Assembly: GCF_004010195.1 (NCBI RefSeq)
Contig: NC_057720.1
Location: 34,778,453-34,835,911 of the forward strand
From: Chiloscyllium plagiosum
Lineage: Eukaryota
Length of the DNA stretch: 57,459 bases
Direction: 5' to 3'
Part shown: positions 11,518-23,210 of the stretch, piece after piece
Layout of the letters: every line of letters begins with the position of its first letter
How positions within the stretch are numbered: position 1 is the stretch's first letter
The notes under the pieces: model-generated
What the model was told of the DNA's origin: nothing
The model's input: the letters and a program-made list of their open reading frames with translations, nothing else
Database searches by the model: none
Made by a program: the position numbers and the translations under genes

Positions 11518-11945
11518 TTCTTCGGAATATTGACTGCCTCCGCAAGACACTACCTGAGCCAAATGTATCTTTATATGAAATGTCAGTTCAATTCTGATAA
11601 ATGGCACAGAATCATGCAAGTGAGCTAATCATATGCCAAAAGCTCTCATGATGCCTTTATCCTTCATCATTTCAGTAGTCCAACTCAACCTAACAGGAGA
11701 AGTCAAGGAGAAAAGCAGCTGGGTTACACGGGATGTTTACTATTTCCATGGTGATTACGTATTACATGTTGGCCAATAATGAGAGGAATGCCAGCAAGAA
11801 TAGGGATAAGCTTTGACCCAGCCATTGAAAAATAAATTTCTGATGTTCAGATAGGGCCAAAATCACCTAGCAAAAGTGCTCAGCACCATCTTGAGTTAAA
11901 GTAGCAAGTTGTGTGCATTATGATTTTGTCATCAGTAAAGGATAG
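11518..11945 (+). pseudogene. PIF/Harbinger DDE transposase fossil
   Basis: IDC at 11529-11537; one frame over 11581-11760 reads QFNSDKWHRIMQVS*SYAKSSHDAFIL...QLGYTGCLLFPW; then F*CSDR (11838-11855) and VASCVHYDFVISKG (11901-11942). These are degenerate forms of GAIDC, PGSxHD, LGDxGYP, RFRCL and ACCxLHN. The preceding ITGLPKI (9782-9802) lies across the 9802-11512 insertion. Confidence 0.75.
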
Positions 11946-11962
11946 ATGCTTGATATTCCAGA

Positions 11963-12140
11963 TTTGGAGATGCCGGTGTTGGACTGGGGTGTACAAAGTT
12001 AAAAATCACACAACACCAGGTTATAGTCCAACAGGTTTAATTGGAAGCACACTAGCTTTCGGAGCGTCGCTCCTTCATCAGATGATCACCAGTTAAACCT
12101 ATTGGACTATAACCTGGTGTTGTGTGATTTTTAACTTTGT
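11963..12140. mobile_element. Penelope-like foldback (inverted pLTR) mini-insertion, family 2
   Basis: About 50-bp inverted arms (ACAAAGTTAAAAATCACACAACACCAGGTTATAGTCCAA and its reverse complement); 9-bp TSD TATTCCAGA at 11954-11962 and 12141-12149. Confidence 0.85.
12050..12084 (-). ncRNA. Minimal type-I hammerhead ribozyme motif (Penelope-associated), core intact
   Basis: Minus strand reads CAT-CTGATGA-A-GGAGC-GAC-GCTCC-GAAA-GC-TA-GTG: CUGANGA and GAAA boxes, 5-bp stem II, palindromic AGCU in place of stem III, CUA cleavage triplet and 3-bp stem I. Confidence 0.7.
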
Positions 12141-12689
12141 TATTCCAGAGTATGTTAAGGAGCTTGATGACAACACTGCTATTATTTAGACTTAGATTAA
12201 GCAGAAGAGGATGCAAGTAATAGGCAGTCATTCACATATCATTATTGTTAACTACAGCAATAATTTGGAGGTGTCCTCCAATTAAACTTTTATGTGGGCA
12301 AATCTTTGTTCTTTGCTGCTTATCTCTCAATGCTGCCTGACAAAGCAAATCACTTCATGCACTTAGTGGCCAGATCTTCAAAGTCAATGCAGACCATGAT
12401 TTAGATCCCCATATATATTGCACAACCACCTGCATGTTGGCCATGATTGCATCAAACACACCCCAGCTCCTTTCCTTAAAATAGGACTCTCTGCAGGGGG
12501 GGCCAGCACCTGAACTGCGGTTGTGAGCTGAAAGTTTGCAATTGTGAGCTCCAAGGTAACAATGGTCAACACACTTACCCTTCTTTAATCAGTCTTCTCC
12601 TCTTGCCATTGCTCATTGAGGGATCGCCATCATTTTCGAGCCTTGAAATTAGGTCACGGTGGGAAAAAGGTTTGAGAAGTGCTGCCTTA

Positions 12690-12842
12690 AGACATAAATT
12701 AATATTCTTCCCAACTGGGATCGAAGGAAGTGGGGAGAAAGTGAGAACAGGATGCTGAGTTGGACAATCAACCATGATCAAATTTTACGGTGGAGCAGGC
12801 TTGACGCGCTGAATGGCCTACACCTACTATTTTTCTATGTTT
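12690..12842 (+). mobile_element. Old CR1 3' end fragment
   Basis: GGACAATCAACCATGATC..GGTGGAGCAGGCTTGACGCGCTGAATGGCCTAC matches the CR1 terminus. Confidence 0.7.
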
Positions 12843-13339
12843 GGCAACATGGTTTGCATTTAGCTTCCAGTTCTTCTGGCAGATCTCTGTTGATGCTATG
12901 TTGGGAGTCTATTGGAATTCCTCCAAATTCCTGGAGCTAAGGCACAAAAACAAAAATGTATTTTAATGACATGTCAAAACAATAATATTTAACTTTTAGA
13001 TGATATCTTTCACTTAGAAAATATCATAAGGTGCACACAAGTTCCATATGGGAGTTGATAGATGGTCTTTTAATTTCAACAATATTCTTATGATATAAAT
13101 ATTAGGCACAGGCTGAACAAGTCAATAGAATGTAAAGTTAAAGTTAATTGTAAACTATATGGTTGCTTTTGCTTCATTATTTGCTACTGAATTATGCGGG
13201 AAAGCTAGCAACAATAGAACATTCCATATTTGTCATTAGAGTTACTTGTAATGTTCACTAACAGGAACTACACAAACTGCTGGATTACACTTCAGTGTGA
13301 TAAATTAGAGGATTTAATGAGAAATTACATTTATACATT

Positions 13340-13625
13340 CTTCTATTCATTCATGGGATGTAGGGATCACTGACTAGGCCAGTATTTATTCCCTATCTCT
13401 ATTTGTCATAGAGGTGGTGATCTTCCATCTTGAACCCAGAGTCCTTAGGGTGTAGGGACGCCCAAGGTCATTTTGGGAAGGGTGTTCCAGAATCTAGACT
13501 GAACAATCATGAAGGAACAGCAGTATAGTTCCAAACTTAGATGCTGTATGACTTGGAAGGGAAGTTGCAGTCTCTAGTCTTCTCTTGCATCTGTTAACCT
13601 TGTAATTGTAGATTATAGAGGTCAA
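13340..13625 (-). mobile_element. CR1/L2-clade LINE family B, 3' end
   Basis: TTCATTCATGGGATGTAGGGATCACTGACTAGGCCAGTATTTATT is homologous to 5362-5480 and 41118-41360. Confidence 0.75.
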
Positions 13626-14506
13626 AGGAATGCAGGCATTGTGATACATAGTGCAACACAGCTACTTGGAAGTGATTGGATAGGCCAGTAGGCATTTTCC
13701 TGTCCACACCATGGCATAACTGTTTTGTTCAGTTAGCCATTTGAGCAGTTTTTATATCCACTACTGTTAAAATAAACATATTTACTTTATCATTTATCAT
13801 CTTGTCATTTTTATTCAGAAAAGATAGAGATAAATTTTGCTGCAATCATTAAAGGGTTAAAGAAAAAGTTAATTAGGGTATTGTAAAAATAATTACAGCT
13901 TGAACTCATTGCACTTGGAATCTCTTGATGTGAAATATTCAAATGTTGGCATGTATACAAGAAACTGTTTGACTAGTAATGAAGCTGATTACATATATTA
14001 AAAGCAGGTAGAAACAGGGAGACCGATTGCCAAATTGTTTGGTTTGGTTGAGATTTGTAGAACTTGTCCTTACAGGTCTTGTTAAAAACTACAAAGCTAA
14101 CTTCCAGGGCAGCTAGTCAATATATGAAACCTGAGCCTTTAGTTGTTTCAGTTGGGTATTACTCAACATATGTATTTTTGTGGGATTGGTGAAAACCTTA
14201 GGTTGAAGCAATTAACTCTTTTACAGGGGCGTAATGATCTCAATCAGATGGTTTCAGATGCCCGAAAGTCTGCTCCAAAACCTCAGCCATGTTCAGTATT
14301 TGCTGGAGACCAACCATTGACATTGATTTTAAGGAAATTTTTAATCAGAATTTCATTTTCTTCAACAAGGAATATAAATGCTTGGGATATACACGTGATT
14401 AAGACAGAAGATAAAATACCTGAAATCAACATTGTTTAGAAGTTATTTTAAAAACACATAATCGTTTTCTCATAATGGAGAAATCTAACATTTCATACAT
14501 GTGAAT

Positions 14507-14665
14507 TAGAGTCATGGAGTCATAGAGATGTACAGCATGTAAACAGACACTTCAGTCCAACTCGTCCATGCTGACCAAATATCCAAAATTAATCTAGTGC
14601 CATTTGCCAGCATTTGGCCCATACCCCTCTAAACTCTTCCTATTCATATGTCCATCCAGATGCCT
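14507..14665 (-). mobile_element. CR1 3' tail fragment
   Basis: AGAGTCATGGAGTCATAGAGATGTACAGCATG is the reverse complement of the CR1 terminus. Confidence 0.88.
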
Positions 14666-14840
14666 CCTCAATGTTGTGTCTTTCAGAGTCAGTGAGATAC
14701 ATTAATCATAATTGTAATATAACACTATTAAAAACCTCGATACACCCCATACACCAAAACGTAACTTTTTCACAGGCCTGTACAGTGAGACTAAGGGTTA
14801 AATATTTGTTTAAAAAATTAATTTAGGATATAGAGATCTT

Positions 14841-15077
14841 AGGAAAAAGTGAGGACTGCAGATGCTGGAGATCAGAGTTGAGAATGTAGTGCTGGAAATG
14901 CACAGCAGATCAGGCAGCATCCGAGGAGTAGGAGAATTGACGTTTTGAGCATAATCCCTTCATCAGGAATAATGATGAAGTCCTCCCTGATGAAGGGCTT
15001 ATGCATGAAACATTGATTTTCTTGCTCTTCAGATGCTGCCAGACCTGCTGTGCTTTTCAGCACTACAGTCTCGGCAC
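14841..15077. mobile_element. Penelope-like foldback insertion (two inverted pLTR pieces, each with a degenerate hammerhead motif)
   Basis: Left arm is on minus and right arm on plus; CTGATGA boxes at about 14960-14966(-) and 14987-14993(+); 11-bp TSD AGAGATCTTAG at 14832-14842 and 15078-15088. Confidence 0.88.
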
Positions 15078-16269
15078 AGAGATCTTAGCTTGCAATCGAA
15101 CCATTCCATGCTGGATAATGTCATCAGTGTATAAACTTGCTGCTGTTCCTTCATGGAGACGATTGTAATATTGGGTCAAAGCAGACTTATGTTGCTGTCT
15201 GTCTGAGTGATCAAAGCAGTAGAAAAGTCATTTGAGGAAACAAATTGGCTTATTGATGATTTTCTGAGTGTCTCTTCAGGCCGAGCTGATGGTGGGATGA
15301 GTTTATGAATGGAATCAGCAACCATGTACAGGAGCTTACCTCTGCTCCCTCGAAGACAGTCAATTAGTGCAGCATGGGTACAACATAATAGCTGCCAAGA
15401 TAGAGGACATTCACCAAAATATGATCTTCCCAGAGTCACACATTAAATACACTGTTATAAAATGGAAGCCCTTGAGCTTCCCAAACCTTATTCCAATATC
15501 ATAAAGTATGTGGGAGGAGATGTATTAGTCACAAAATCAAATGCATGCAGTCAACAGCACTCTGCACCATGAGAACTCCATGTCTCAAATCATTTTCCTC
15601 ATTTTTCTTTCCTAATAAACAGGTAATAAAAAATCTATGTAGTCTCAGGAGCATTCCGATGTTATGAGAGTCAGCCTACTGGGAAATGCTGACAAAACTT
15701 TCCATTTCTGCCTGAAAGCACCCAAGCTGTATAATGTGGGGGCAGCAATGACCCTTACCATCTCTGATGGGGTTCTGCTTGATTTACTGAGTGATCTAGA
15801 TCAGGTGGAAGGGAAAGGTACATTCAGTGATCACTGTTTTGTAAAGTCTTGTTTCTTCAGGCATTGCTCTTGAATCAGGTATAGTTGTGGAAAGTATTTG
15901 CAAAAAGGCCTTGGTAGATAGGTCATTCGGAGCAGAATTTCCTTCCCCCGTCTCCCCACAGAGCTTGTCCTGTCTGTATCCTCTGGCCCAATCCCTAACA
16001 TATTGCAGACATGCAAACTAAGACCCTTCATTCTTCTGTCACCTTCTGTAAGCACTAACCCCCTAACACCAAATCTAAAAACAAAGAACTGTATTTCCAC
16101 AAACTCAACAGAAACATACAGATCAAAAATAGTTAATCTGCAGCTTGCTGACCTGGACTTTGAAGGGCATTGGTTCTGACCTTCTCCTGCAACTGACTGT
16201 TGAGGGTCCATGAATTTCTTCAATGAAACTATATTGTCCAAATTGAAAATATGTGTCACATCAGCTTTG

Positions 16270-17196
16270 TTTTTATGTCAACATTTAGAACGTCCAATAA
16301 AGAATGGTGCAGTGCTAGACCTAATTCCTGGGGAATGAGTCTGGACAGACGTTTTCTGTAGCAGTGAGGGTAGATTTTAGTGATAGCAACCACAACACAG
16401 TACGATTTAAGTTTGTTATGGAAAATGGAAAAGTTGGTCTGCAAAAAAAGGTTTTGGATTGGAGGAAAGCAGATTTTATTACAATTAGGCAGGATCCCCC
16501 TGGAGTGCAGGTTTATAGTTCCTTGAAGGTGGAGTCACAGGTAGATAGGATAGTGGAGAAGGCATTCGGTATGCTTGTTTTTATTGGTCAGTGCATTGAG
16601 TATCAGAATTGGGAGGTCAAGTTAAGGCTGTACAGGACATCGCTTAGGTCACTTTTGGAATACTGCGCGCAATTCTGGTCTCCCTGCTATAGGGAGGATG
16701 TTGTGAGACTTGAAACGGTTCATAAAATATTTACAAAGATGTTGCCAGGGTTGAATGGTTTGAGCTATAGGGAGAGGCTGAATAGGCTGGGACTGTTTTC
16801 CTGGAGCATCAGAGGCTGAGGGGTGACCTTCTCGGGGTTAATAAAATCATGAGGGGCCTGGGTACAATAAATAGACAAGGTCTTTTCCCTGAGGTGAAAG
16901 AGTCGAAAACCAGAGGGCATAGGTTTAGGGTGAGGGGGAAAGATTCAGAAGGGACCTAAGGGGCAACATTTTCAAGCAGCGGATGGTGCGTGTATGGAAT
17001 GAGCTGCCAGAAGAAGTGGTGGAGGCTGGTCCAATTACAACATTTAAAAGGCATCTGGTTGGGTATATGAATAGGAAGGAATATGGGCCAAATGCTGGCA
17101 AATGGGACTAAATTAAGTTTGGATATCTAGTCAGCATTGATGAGTTGGACCGAGGGTAGGTTTCCATGCTGTACAGCTCTACAACGCTATGACTCG
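16270..17196 (+). mobile_element. CR1 composite: endonuclease fragment joined to a 3' RT/tail fragment
   Basis: ORF 16364-16819 fuses FSDSNHNTVRFK...VLDWRKADF (endonuclease end) to GVQVYSSLKVESQVDRIV...LEYCAQFWSP (RT C-terminus); ends in the CTATGACTC tail. Confidence 0.88.
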
Positions 17197-17639
17197 ATCT
17201 GGCCAAAGTCGAGTGGAACCAGCTTCTGGTGGGACAATTTACAGCAGAACAGTAGGGGCATTCAGAAAGGAATTGAGCAGAGTACAGGCCAAAATGTTCC
17301 ATTTAGGATGAAATGTAGGAGCAACAAGCCCAGAGTGAATGTGTTAATCATGCAAATAAGTGAAAACAGGAGTGAAATAGTCAGGACGTAGATGCAGGAT
17401 GACCAGGGTTGGGAACTGAACATCCAGGAGTTTTCAGTATTTAGGAAGGACAGACAAAAAAGAAAAGGTGTGGAGTTGCATTTCTAGTTAGGGCTTTAAA
17501 ATAAATAGTGGGGAATGGGTTTGGTTAGAAAAAATTAAAGTGGAGGAGGACTCAGGAGAGACTATTAAAGTTTCCAAAAAAGTAATAGGGTAGGAAGTAT
17601 GGAAAGGGTCAGGAATCTAACTTTAGGCACAGCAGATAA

Positions 17640-18918
17640 GGGGACACCTATGAGAAGAGGGATGTTGTACTTAAATGCACACAGTACATGAAACAAGGTA
17701 AATGAACTTATAGTGCAGACTGAAATTGGTGGGTACAATGTTTGGGCATCATAGAGATGTAACTGCAAGGGGATCAGGGCTTGTAACTCTATATCCAAAG
17801 GTACAGGTCCTATTGAAAGAACAGGCAGATAGGCAGAGGGAGCAGGATTGCTTTATAAGGAAGAAATGAAATTAAATCAATAGCAAAAAGTGATAAGGTC
17901 AGAAGGTGTACAATCTGTGCATTGAGGAACCACAAGAGCAATCTGACCCTGTTACATATAGGCCTCTGAGCAGTAGTCAGATGTGGGACAGAAACAAATC
18001 AGGGAATAGAAAGGCTTGCAAGAAGGACAATATTGTAATAATCATAGGGGACTTCAATATGTTGGTGGACTGGGAAAATCAGGTTTATTCATTGCAGAAA
18101 CTAGAAAAGGAATTTTTGAAATGTCCATGAGTTGTCTTTTTTTGGCACTGATTGTGGCAGCCCACGAGGGAACAGGTAATTTGGATTCGGTAATGTATAA
18201 TGAGGCAGACTTGATCAGGCAACTTAAGGTGAAGGAGCCACTCAGGAGCAGAGACTATGATACAAAAGAATTCACCCTGGTGTTTGAGAGGAAAAAGTTG
18301 GAACCAGATGTAAAGGCATTACAATTGAGTAAAGGTGATTGCAAAGACATGAGAGAGGAGCCGGCCAGGGTTGATTGGTAGGGGAGCATGGCAGAGAAGA
18401 CAGTGCAGCAACAATGATAGGAGTTTCTGGGGGTAATCTGGGAGGCATAACAGAAATTCATGGCAAGGATGATGAAACATGTTAAGGGATGATGAGGCAA
18501 CCATGTCTGACAAGAGAACTCAGGGACAGCATACAAGCAAAACAAAACATACAATATGGTGAAGATAAGTGGGAAGCCAGAAGATTGGGCAGCTTTTTAA
18601 AAACAGAAGAAGATAATTAATAAAGCAATATAGAGAAGAGACGATGAAATATGAGGGTTAGCTAGTTAACAAAAAAAGATTGCAAGAGTTTTTTTGGATA
18701 AATAAATGGAGAAGAGAGTCAAGAGTGGACATTGGACTGTTGGAAAATGGGGACAAAGAAATACCGGAGGAACTGAATGGGTACTCTGCATCACTGATCA
18801 CAGTGAAAGATACCAGTGGGCAGAGCAGAACTTGAAGAGAGTCTGGGAGCAGAGGTGAGTGGAGTGGCCATCACTGAGGAGAAGGTGCTGGGGAAGCTGA
18901 AAGGTCTATGGGTGGACA
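17640..18918 (+). mobile_element. CR1 ORF2 5' part (APE endonuclease and tether), decayed
   Basis: Fragments IIIGDFNM.VDWENQ, LKVKEPLRSRDYDTKEF and ITEEKVLGKLKGLWVDK; truncated by the insertion at about 18917. Confidence 0.85.
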
Positions 18919-19640
18919 AAGATGGTAGAGGAAGGTTAGGAAGTATTTGGGCTCCTGACCCATCTGCTTTTTATCACCAGCTCTCTTACCTTGATTTGGC
19001 ATCTTCAGATGAGAACAGAGGTTCCGAGAGGCTGCAGCAAGAGGGAATGTGGTGTGGATCCAGCAGTTTCTCGTTGCTGCATGCTAGTGGGTCCTTTGAC
19101 CAGGCTGCTTCAGTAGCGGCTTTGAAAATGAGGTGGGTCTGGGTCCGGAGTCCAATGGCCAGGTTTCCTTCAGGATTCTGCAGCATCTTAGCGGTGGCCT
19201 GGTCTGGCTTGGAACTCCTTTTCGTGGCTTCGGTGGCTGTTTTTGTCAGCGTTGGTCTGGATCTGTCTGTGGCAGCTTCAGTCAGTCCATGACTCCATGC
19301 AGCACTTTTGTCACCATCATGTGGGTTCGGTCTCGGATTCCAACAGGGATCAGATCCCACAGACATGAAATGGACTAAGTAGACTTTGTCTTAAATTCAC
19401 CTTTTTTAAAATTCTTTTTCATCTTTATTATATTATCATTGAAAGACTCTTATTCCAAATTTTATACTTCTTTATTTTTTATAATTTATTATAATGATTT
19501 TGTACTTTCAAAGGTCTGCAAACTTTTTATTTCTTATTTTAATTTTTATTCCCTGGCAATTTGTACTCAAGAATCTGTACCTAGGTACCTTGGTACCTAA
19601 AATGGTGTCATAAATGGCAACTTGTAAACTTTTTACTGTA
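18917..19640 (+). mobile_element. Non-autonomous element related to 9802-11512
   Basis: Starts CAAAGATGG, has a GC-rich body and T-rich region, then TGTACCTAGGTACCTTGGTACCTAAAATGGTG..TGGCAAC, matching 11391-11435. Confidence 0.55.
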
Positions 19641-19699
19641 GGTAATTAGGGATGGGCAATTAATTCTGGCCTAGCCCATGTCGCAAGGAAAAATAAAAG

Positions 19700-20003
19700 G
19701 TGAGGCTAAGAACCAAGGACACAACTTAGATTGAAGGGATAACCCTTTTGAACTGAAATGAGGAGGTATTTATTCAGCTAGAAGGCGGTGGATCAGTGGA
19801 ACTCTGCCACAGAAAGCTGTGGTATTCAATTCACTGAACGCATTTGATACAAAGATAGGTACATTCTTGCTTAGTAAGGGGATCAAATGTTACAGAGGGG
19901 TGGGAAGAGAATAGGGTTGAAAAACATATCAGATGTGATCAAATGGTGGACCAGACTTGACAGGTAAAATGGCCTAATTCTGCTCCTATATCTTGTGATC
20001 TTA
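19700..20003 (+). mobile_element. CR1 3' end fragment
   Basis: Contains an F-TEMRR-LFS-like coding remnant and the terminus AATGGCCTAATTCTGCTCCTATATCTTGTGATCTT. Confidence 0.8.
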
Positions 20004-20029
20004 AGCCCACTAAATAGATGAAAACAGGT

Positions 20030-23000
20030 ATAATATAGTCAGGATGGCAGAGACATGGCTGCAGGTGACCAGGGATGAGAACTGAATTATCCAGGAGAAT
20101 TATTCAGTATTTAGGACAGACTGTATTGCTGGATATAGAGGAAATTAGCACAATAATAATGATATCAGCTCCAATGATGTGGAATCTGTATGGCTAGAGC
20201 TGAAAAACACTAAGGGGCAAATGACATTAGTGGATATTGTATATAGACTCCCCCCGCCTCCCCCAATCTTTAGGAGTGATGTTGAGAATGGCATTAAACA
20301 GGGAATTTGAAACACATGCAATAATAGGATAAATAGACAAAGGTTTTTCCCTGGGGTGGGGGAGTCCAGAACTAGGGAGCATAGGTTTAGGGTGAGAGGG
20401 GAAAAATATAAAAGGGTCCAAAGGGTTAACTTTTTCATGCAGAGGGTGGTACTTGTATGGAATGAGCTGCTAGAGGAAGTGGTGGAGGCTGGTACAATTG
20501 CAACATTTAAAAGGTATTTGGATGGATATATGAATAGGAAGATTTTGGAAGGATATGGGCCGGGTGCTGGCAGGTGGGACTAGATTGGGTTGGGATATCT
20601 GGTCGGCATGGACAGGTTGGACCAAAGTGTCTGTTTCCATGCTGAACATCTCTATGACTCTATGACTCTATGACCTGTAATTATGGATGACTATATCCTC
20701 ATGTACAGTTTGGGCAAATTAAATTAGTAATAATAGCATGAAGGAGAAGTTCCAGCAGTGTATATGGAATGGTTTTCTGGATCAATACATTGAGGAACCA
20801 ACTAGAGTATTGGCTATTCAAGACTGGGTATTGTATAATGAGAAAGAAATAATTAGCACTATAATTGTGCAAGGCCTTGGGGATGTGCAAGCATAATATG
20901 ACAGCATTCGTCATCAAGATGGACAGTAAAGTAGTTGCTTCTGTAACTAGGCTCTAGAGGAAACTACAATGATATGAGACACAAACTCGTTTGATAAATT
21001 GGGGAACAGATTACTGAAAGGATTAGGCAGTGGATTGACAATGGCAAACATTCAAAGAGAGTATGGGTGAATGATAACAATGATTCAATCCCATCTGGTG
21101 AATAAGTAAAATTGGAAAGGTGGTCAAACCATGTCTCAAAGACTCAAAGAATAGTATCAAGATTGCACTGATACATGATGCCTTTCTAGGCTAAAAGACC
21201 TTTTGTTCCATGCCATCCATATTCCCTGCCTTTTCATATATCTGTCAAAAATGGATTACAAAGAAAGTTAAAGATTGTATTAGATCCAAGGAAGAGGCAT
21301 ACAAATTGGCCAAAATAAAATACAGTCCTGAGGAGTGAAAGCAGTTGGAATTCGGCCAAGGAGGAGAAAGGGATTGTTTAAGAAAGGGAGAATAGAATAA
21401 GCTCGCAAGGAACATAAATACTGATTTTAAAAGTTTCCATGATTATATGAAGAGAAAAAAACATTAAGACATATATAGGTCCCTTCCAGTCAAAAACAGG
21501 GGAATTCATATTGGGCAACAAAGAAGTGGCTGACCAACTAAATGCGTACTTTAGTTCTATGTTCACAAAGGAGGATAAGAATTACATTCTAGTTGTGTAG
21601 TGAGAGGGAGGAACTAAAGGAAATCAGTATTAATAGGAAATGGTGTTGTGGAAATTAATGGGTTTGAAGGCCAATAAATCCCCAGGGCCAGATAATCTAC
21701 ATCCCTGAGTACTTAAGGAAGTGGCCCTAGAAATAATGGATGTATTAGTGGTCATCTTCCAAGATTCTTTAGATTCTGGAACAATTCCTACAGATTGGAG
21801 ATTAGCGAGTGTAAACCCCCTGTTTAAAAAGGGAGGAAACTGAGAACTGCAGGCCTAACGTCAGCAGTAGGCAAGTTATTTGAAATATTTTAAAAGATTT
21901 AATAGTACAACATTTTGAAAACAGTGGCAGGATCACACAGAGTCAGAATGGATTTATGAAAGGTAAATTATACTTCACAAACTACTGAAATTCTTCAAGG
22001 ATATAATTGGTAGAGTTGATGAGGGCGAGCTCATAGATGATCTAAATGGAGAAAGACTTTGGAAACCTGAAGCACAAAGGGACTTGGGAAATCTACTTCA
22101 GGATTCTCTTAAGATTCCTTGTAGTTTCAGTGGGCAGACAGAAAGGCAAATGCAGCGTTAGCATTCTATCTAAGAGGGCTAGAATACAAGAGCTGAGACA
22201 TACTGCTGAAGCTGTATATAGTTATGCTGGCATTGAAGGGAGTCCAGAAGAAGTTTACAATCTAGGGATGAAGGACTTGATGTATGTTGTACTCAATGGA
22301 GTTTAGAAGGATAAGGGGGAATCAGATTGAAATTTACATAATATGGAGCGGCCTGGATAGAGTGGACTTGGAGAAGATGTTTCAACTAATGGGAGAAAGT
22401 AGGATCTGAGAACACAGCCTCAGAATGAAGAGACTGAGATGATGAGGAATTTCTTCAGCAGGGGAGTGGGGAATCTGAGGAACTCATTGCTACAGAAGGC
22501 TGTGGAGGCCAAGTCATTGAGTGTATTTAAGACAGATATAGATAGACTCTTGATTACTAAGAGGATCATGGGTTATGGGGAGAAGCCAGGAGAATGGCAT
22601 TGAGAAACATATCAGCCATGATTGAATGATGGAGCAGACTCACTGGGACAAATGACTTATTTCTGTTCCTCTACATTACGTTAATTTGGTTTATTTGGGC
22701 TGTCACCAAAGTCCCATATAAGAGCTTAGCAAATAAAATAAATGCATGGGATTGGGTGGGGGGAGGAGGAGGTGGTAGCGTTTTCAGATGAATAGAAAAT
22801 TAGTTGACAGAAAGGAAACAAAAGCTAGGAATAAACAGGACATTTATTGAATGACAGGCCATGACTAGTGGGGTACCGTAGAGATCAGTGGTAGTAGCCA
22901 ATTATTCACAATATATATTGATGATTTAGATGAGGGAACCAAATACAATATATCCAAATTTGCAGATGACACAAAGTTGAGTGGGAGGATGTTCTGTGAG

Positions 23001-23210
23001 GAGGATGTTAACATGCTTCAGTATAGTTTGAATGAGTTGATTGAGTGGGCAAATGTATGGCAGATACAGGAGAATGTGGATAAATGTGAAGTTACCCACT
23101 TTGCACTGGAAGACAGATTAGAATCTGCATGGCTATAAATTGAGAGAGGGGAATGTGCACCAATACCTGGGTGTCATCCTACACCAGTCGCTGAAGGTAA
23201 GCATGTAGGT
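20030..23210 (+). mobile_element. Decayed CR1 ORF2 (endonuclease through RT) with nested CR1 3' ends
   Basis: Collinear remnants ESVWLELKNTKG, NKSPGPDNLHP.VLKE, PLFKKG and ISKFADDTKL; interrupted at about 20326-20674 and 22040-22685. Confidence 0.85.
20326..20674 (+). mobile_element. Young CR1 (HER1-like) 3' end nested in older CR1
   Basis: ORF 20356-20583 (GESRTREHRFRVRGEKY...VWNELLEEVVEAGTI) and a (CTATGACT)n tail. Confidence 0.9.

Noticed and set aside
11963..12140. Palindromic inserts read as DNA-transposon MITEs or CRISPR-like repeats
   Set aside because: Variable long TSDs, asymmetric arms and pLTR/hammerhead sequence point to Penelope retrotransposition; there is no repeat-spacer array.
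15664..15873. ORF with an FSDH motif reminiscent of L1/Tx1 endonuclease
   Set aside because: Only a four-residue motif with weak context; insufficient to call.
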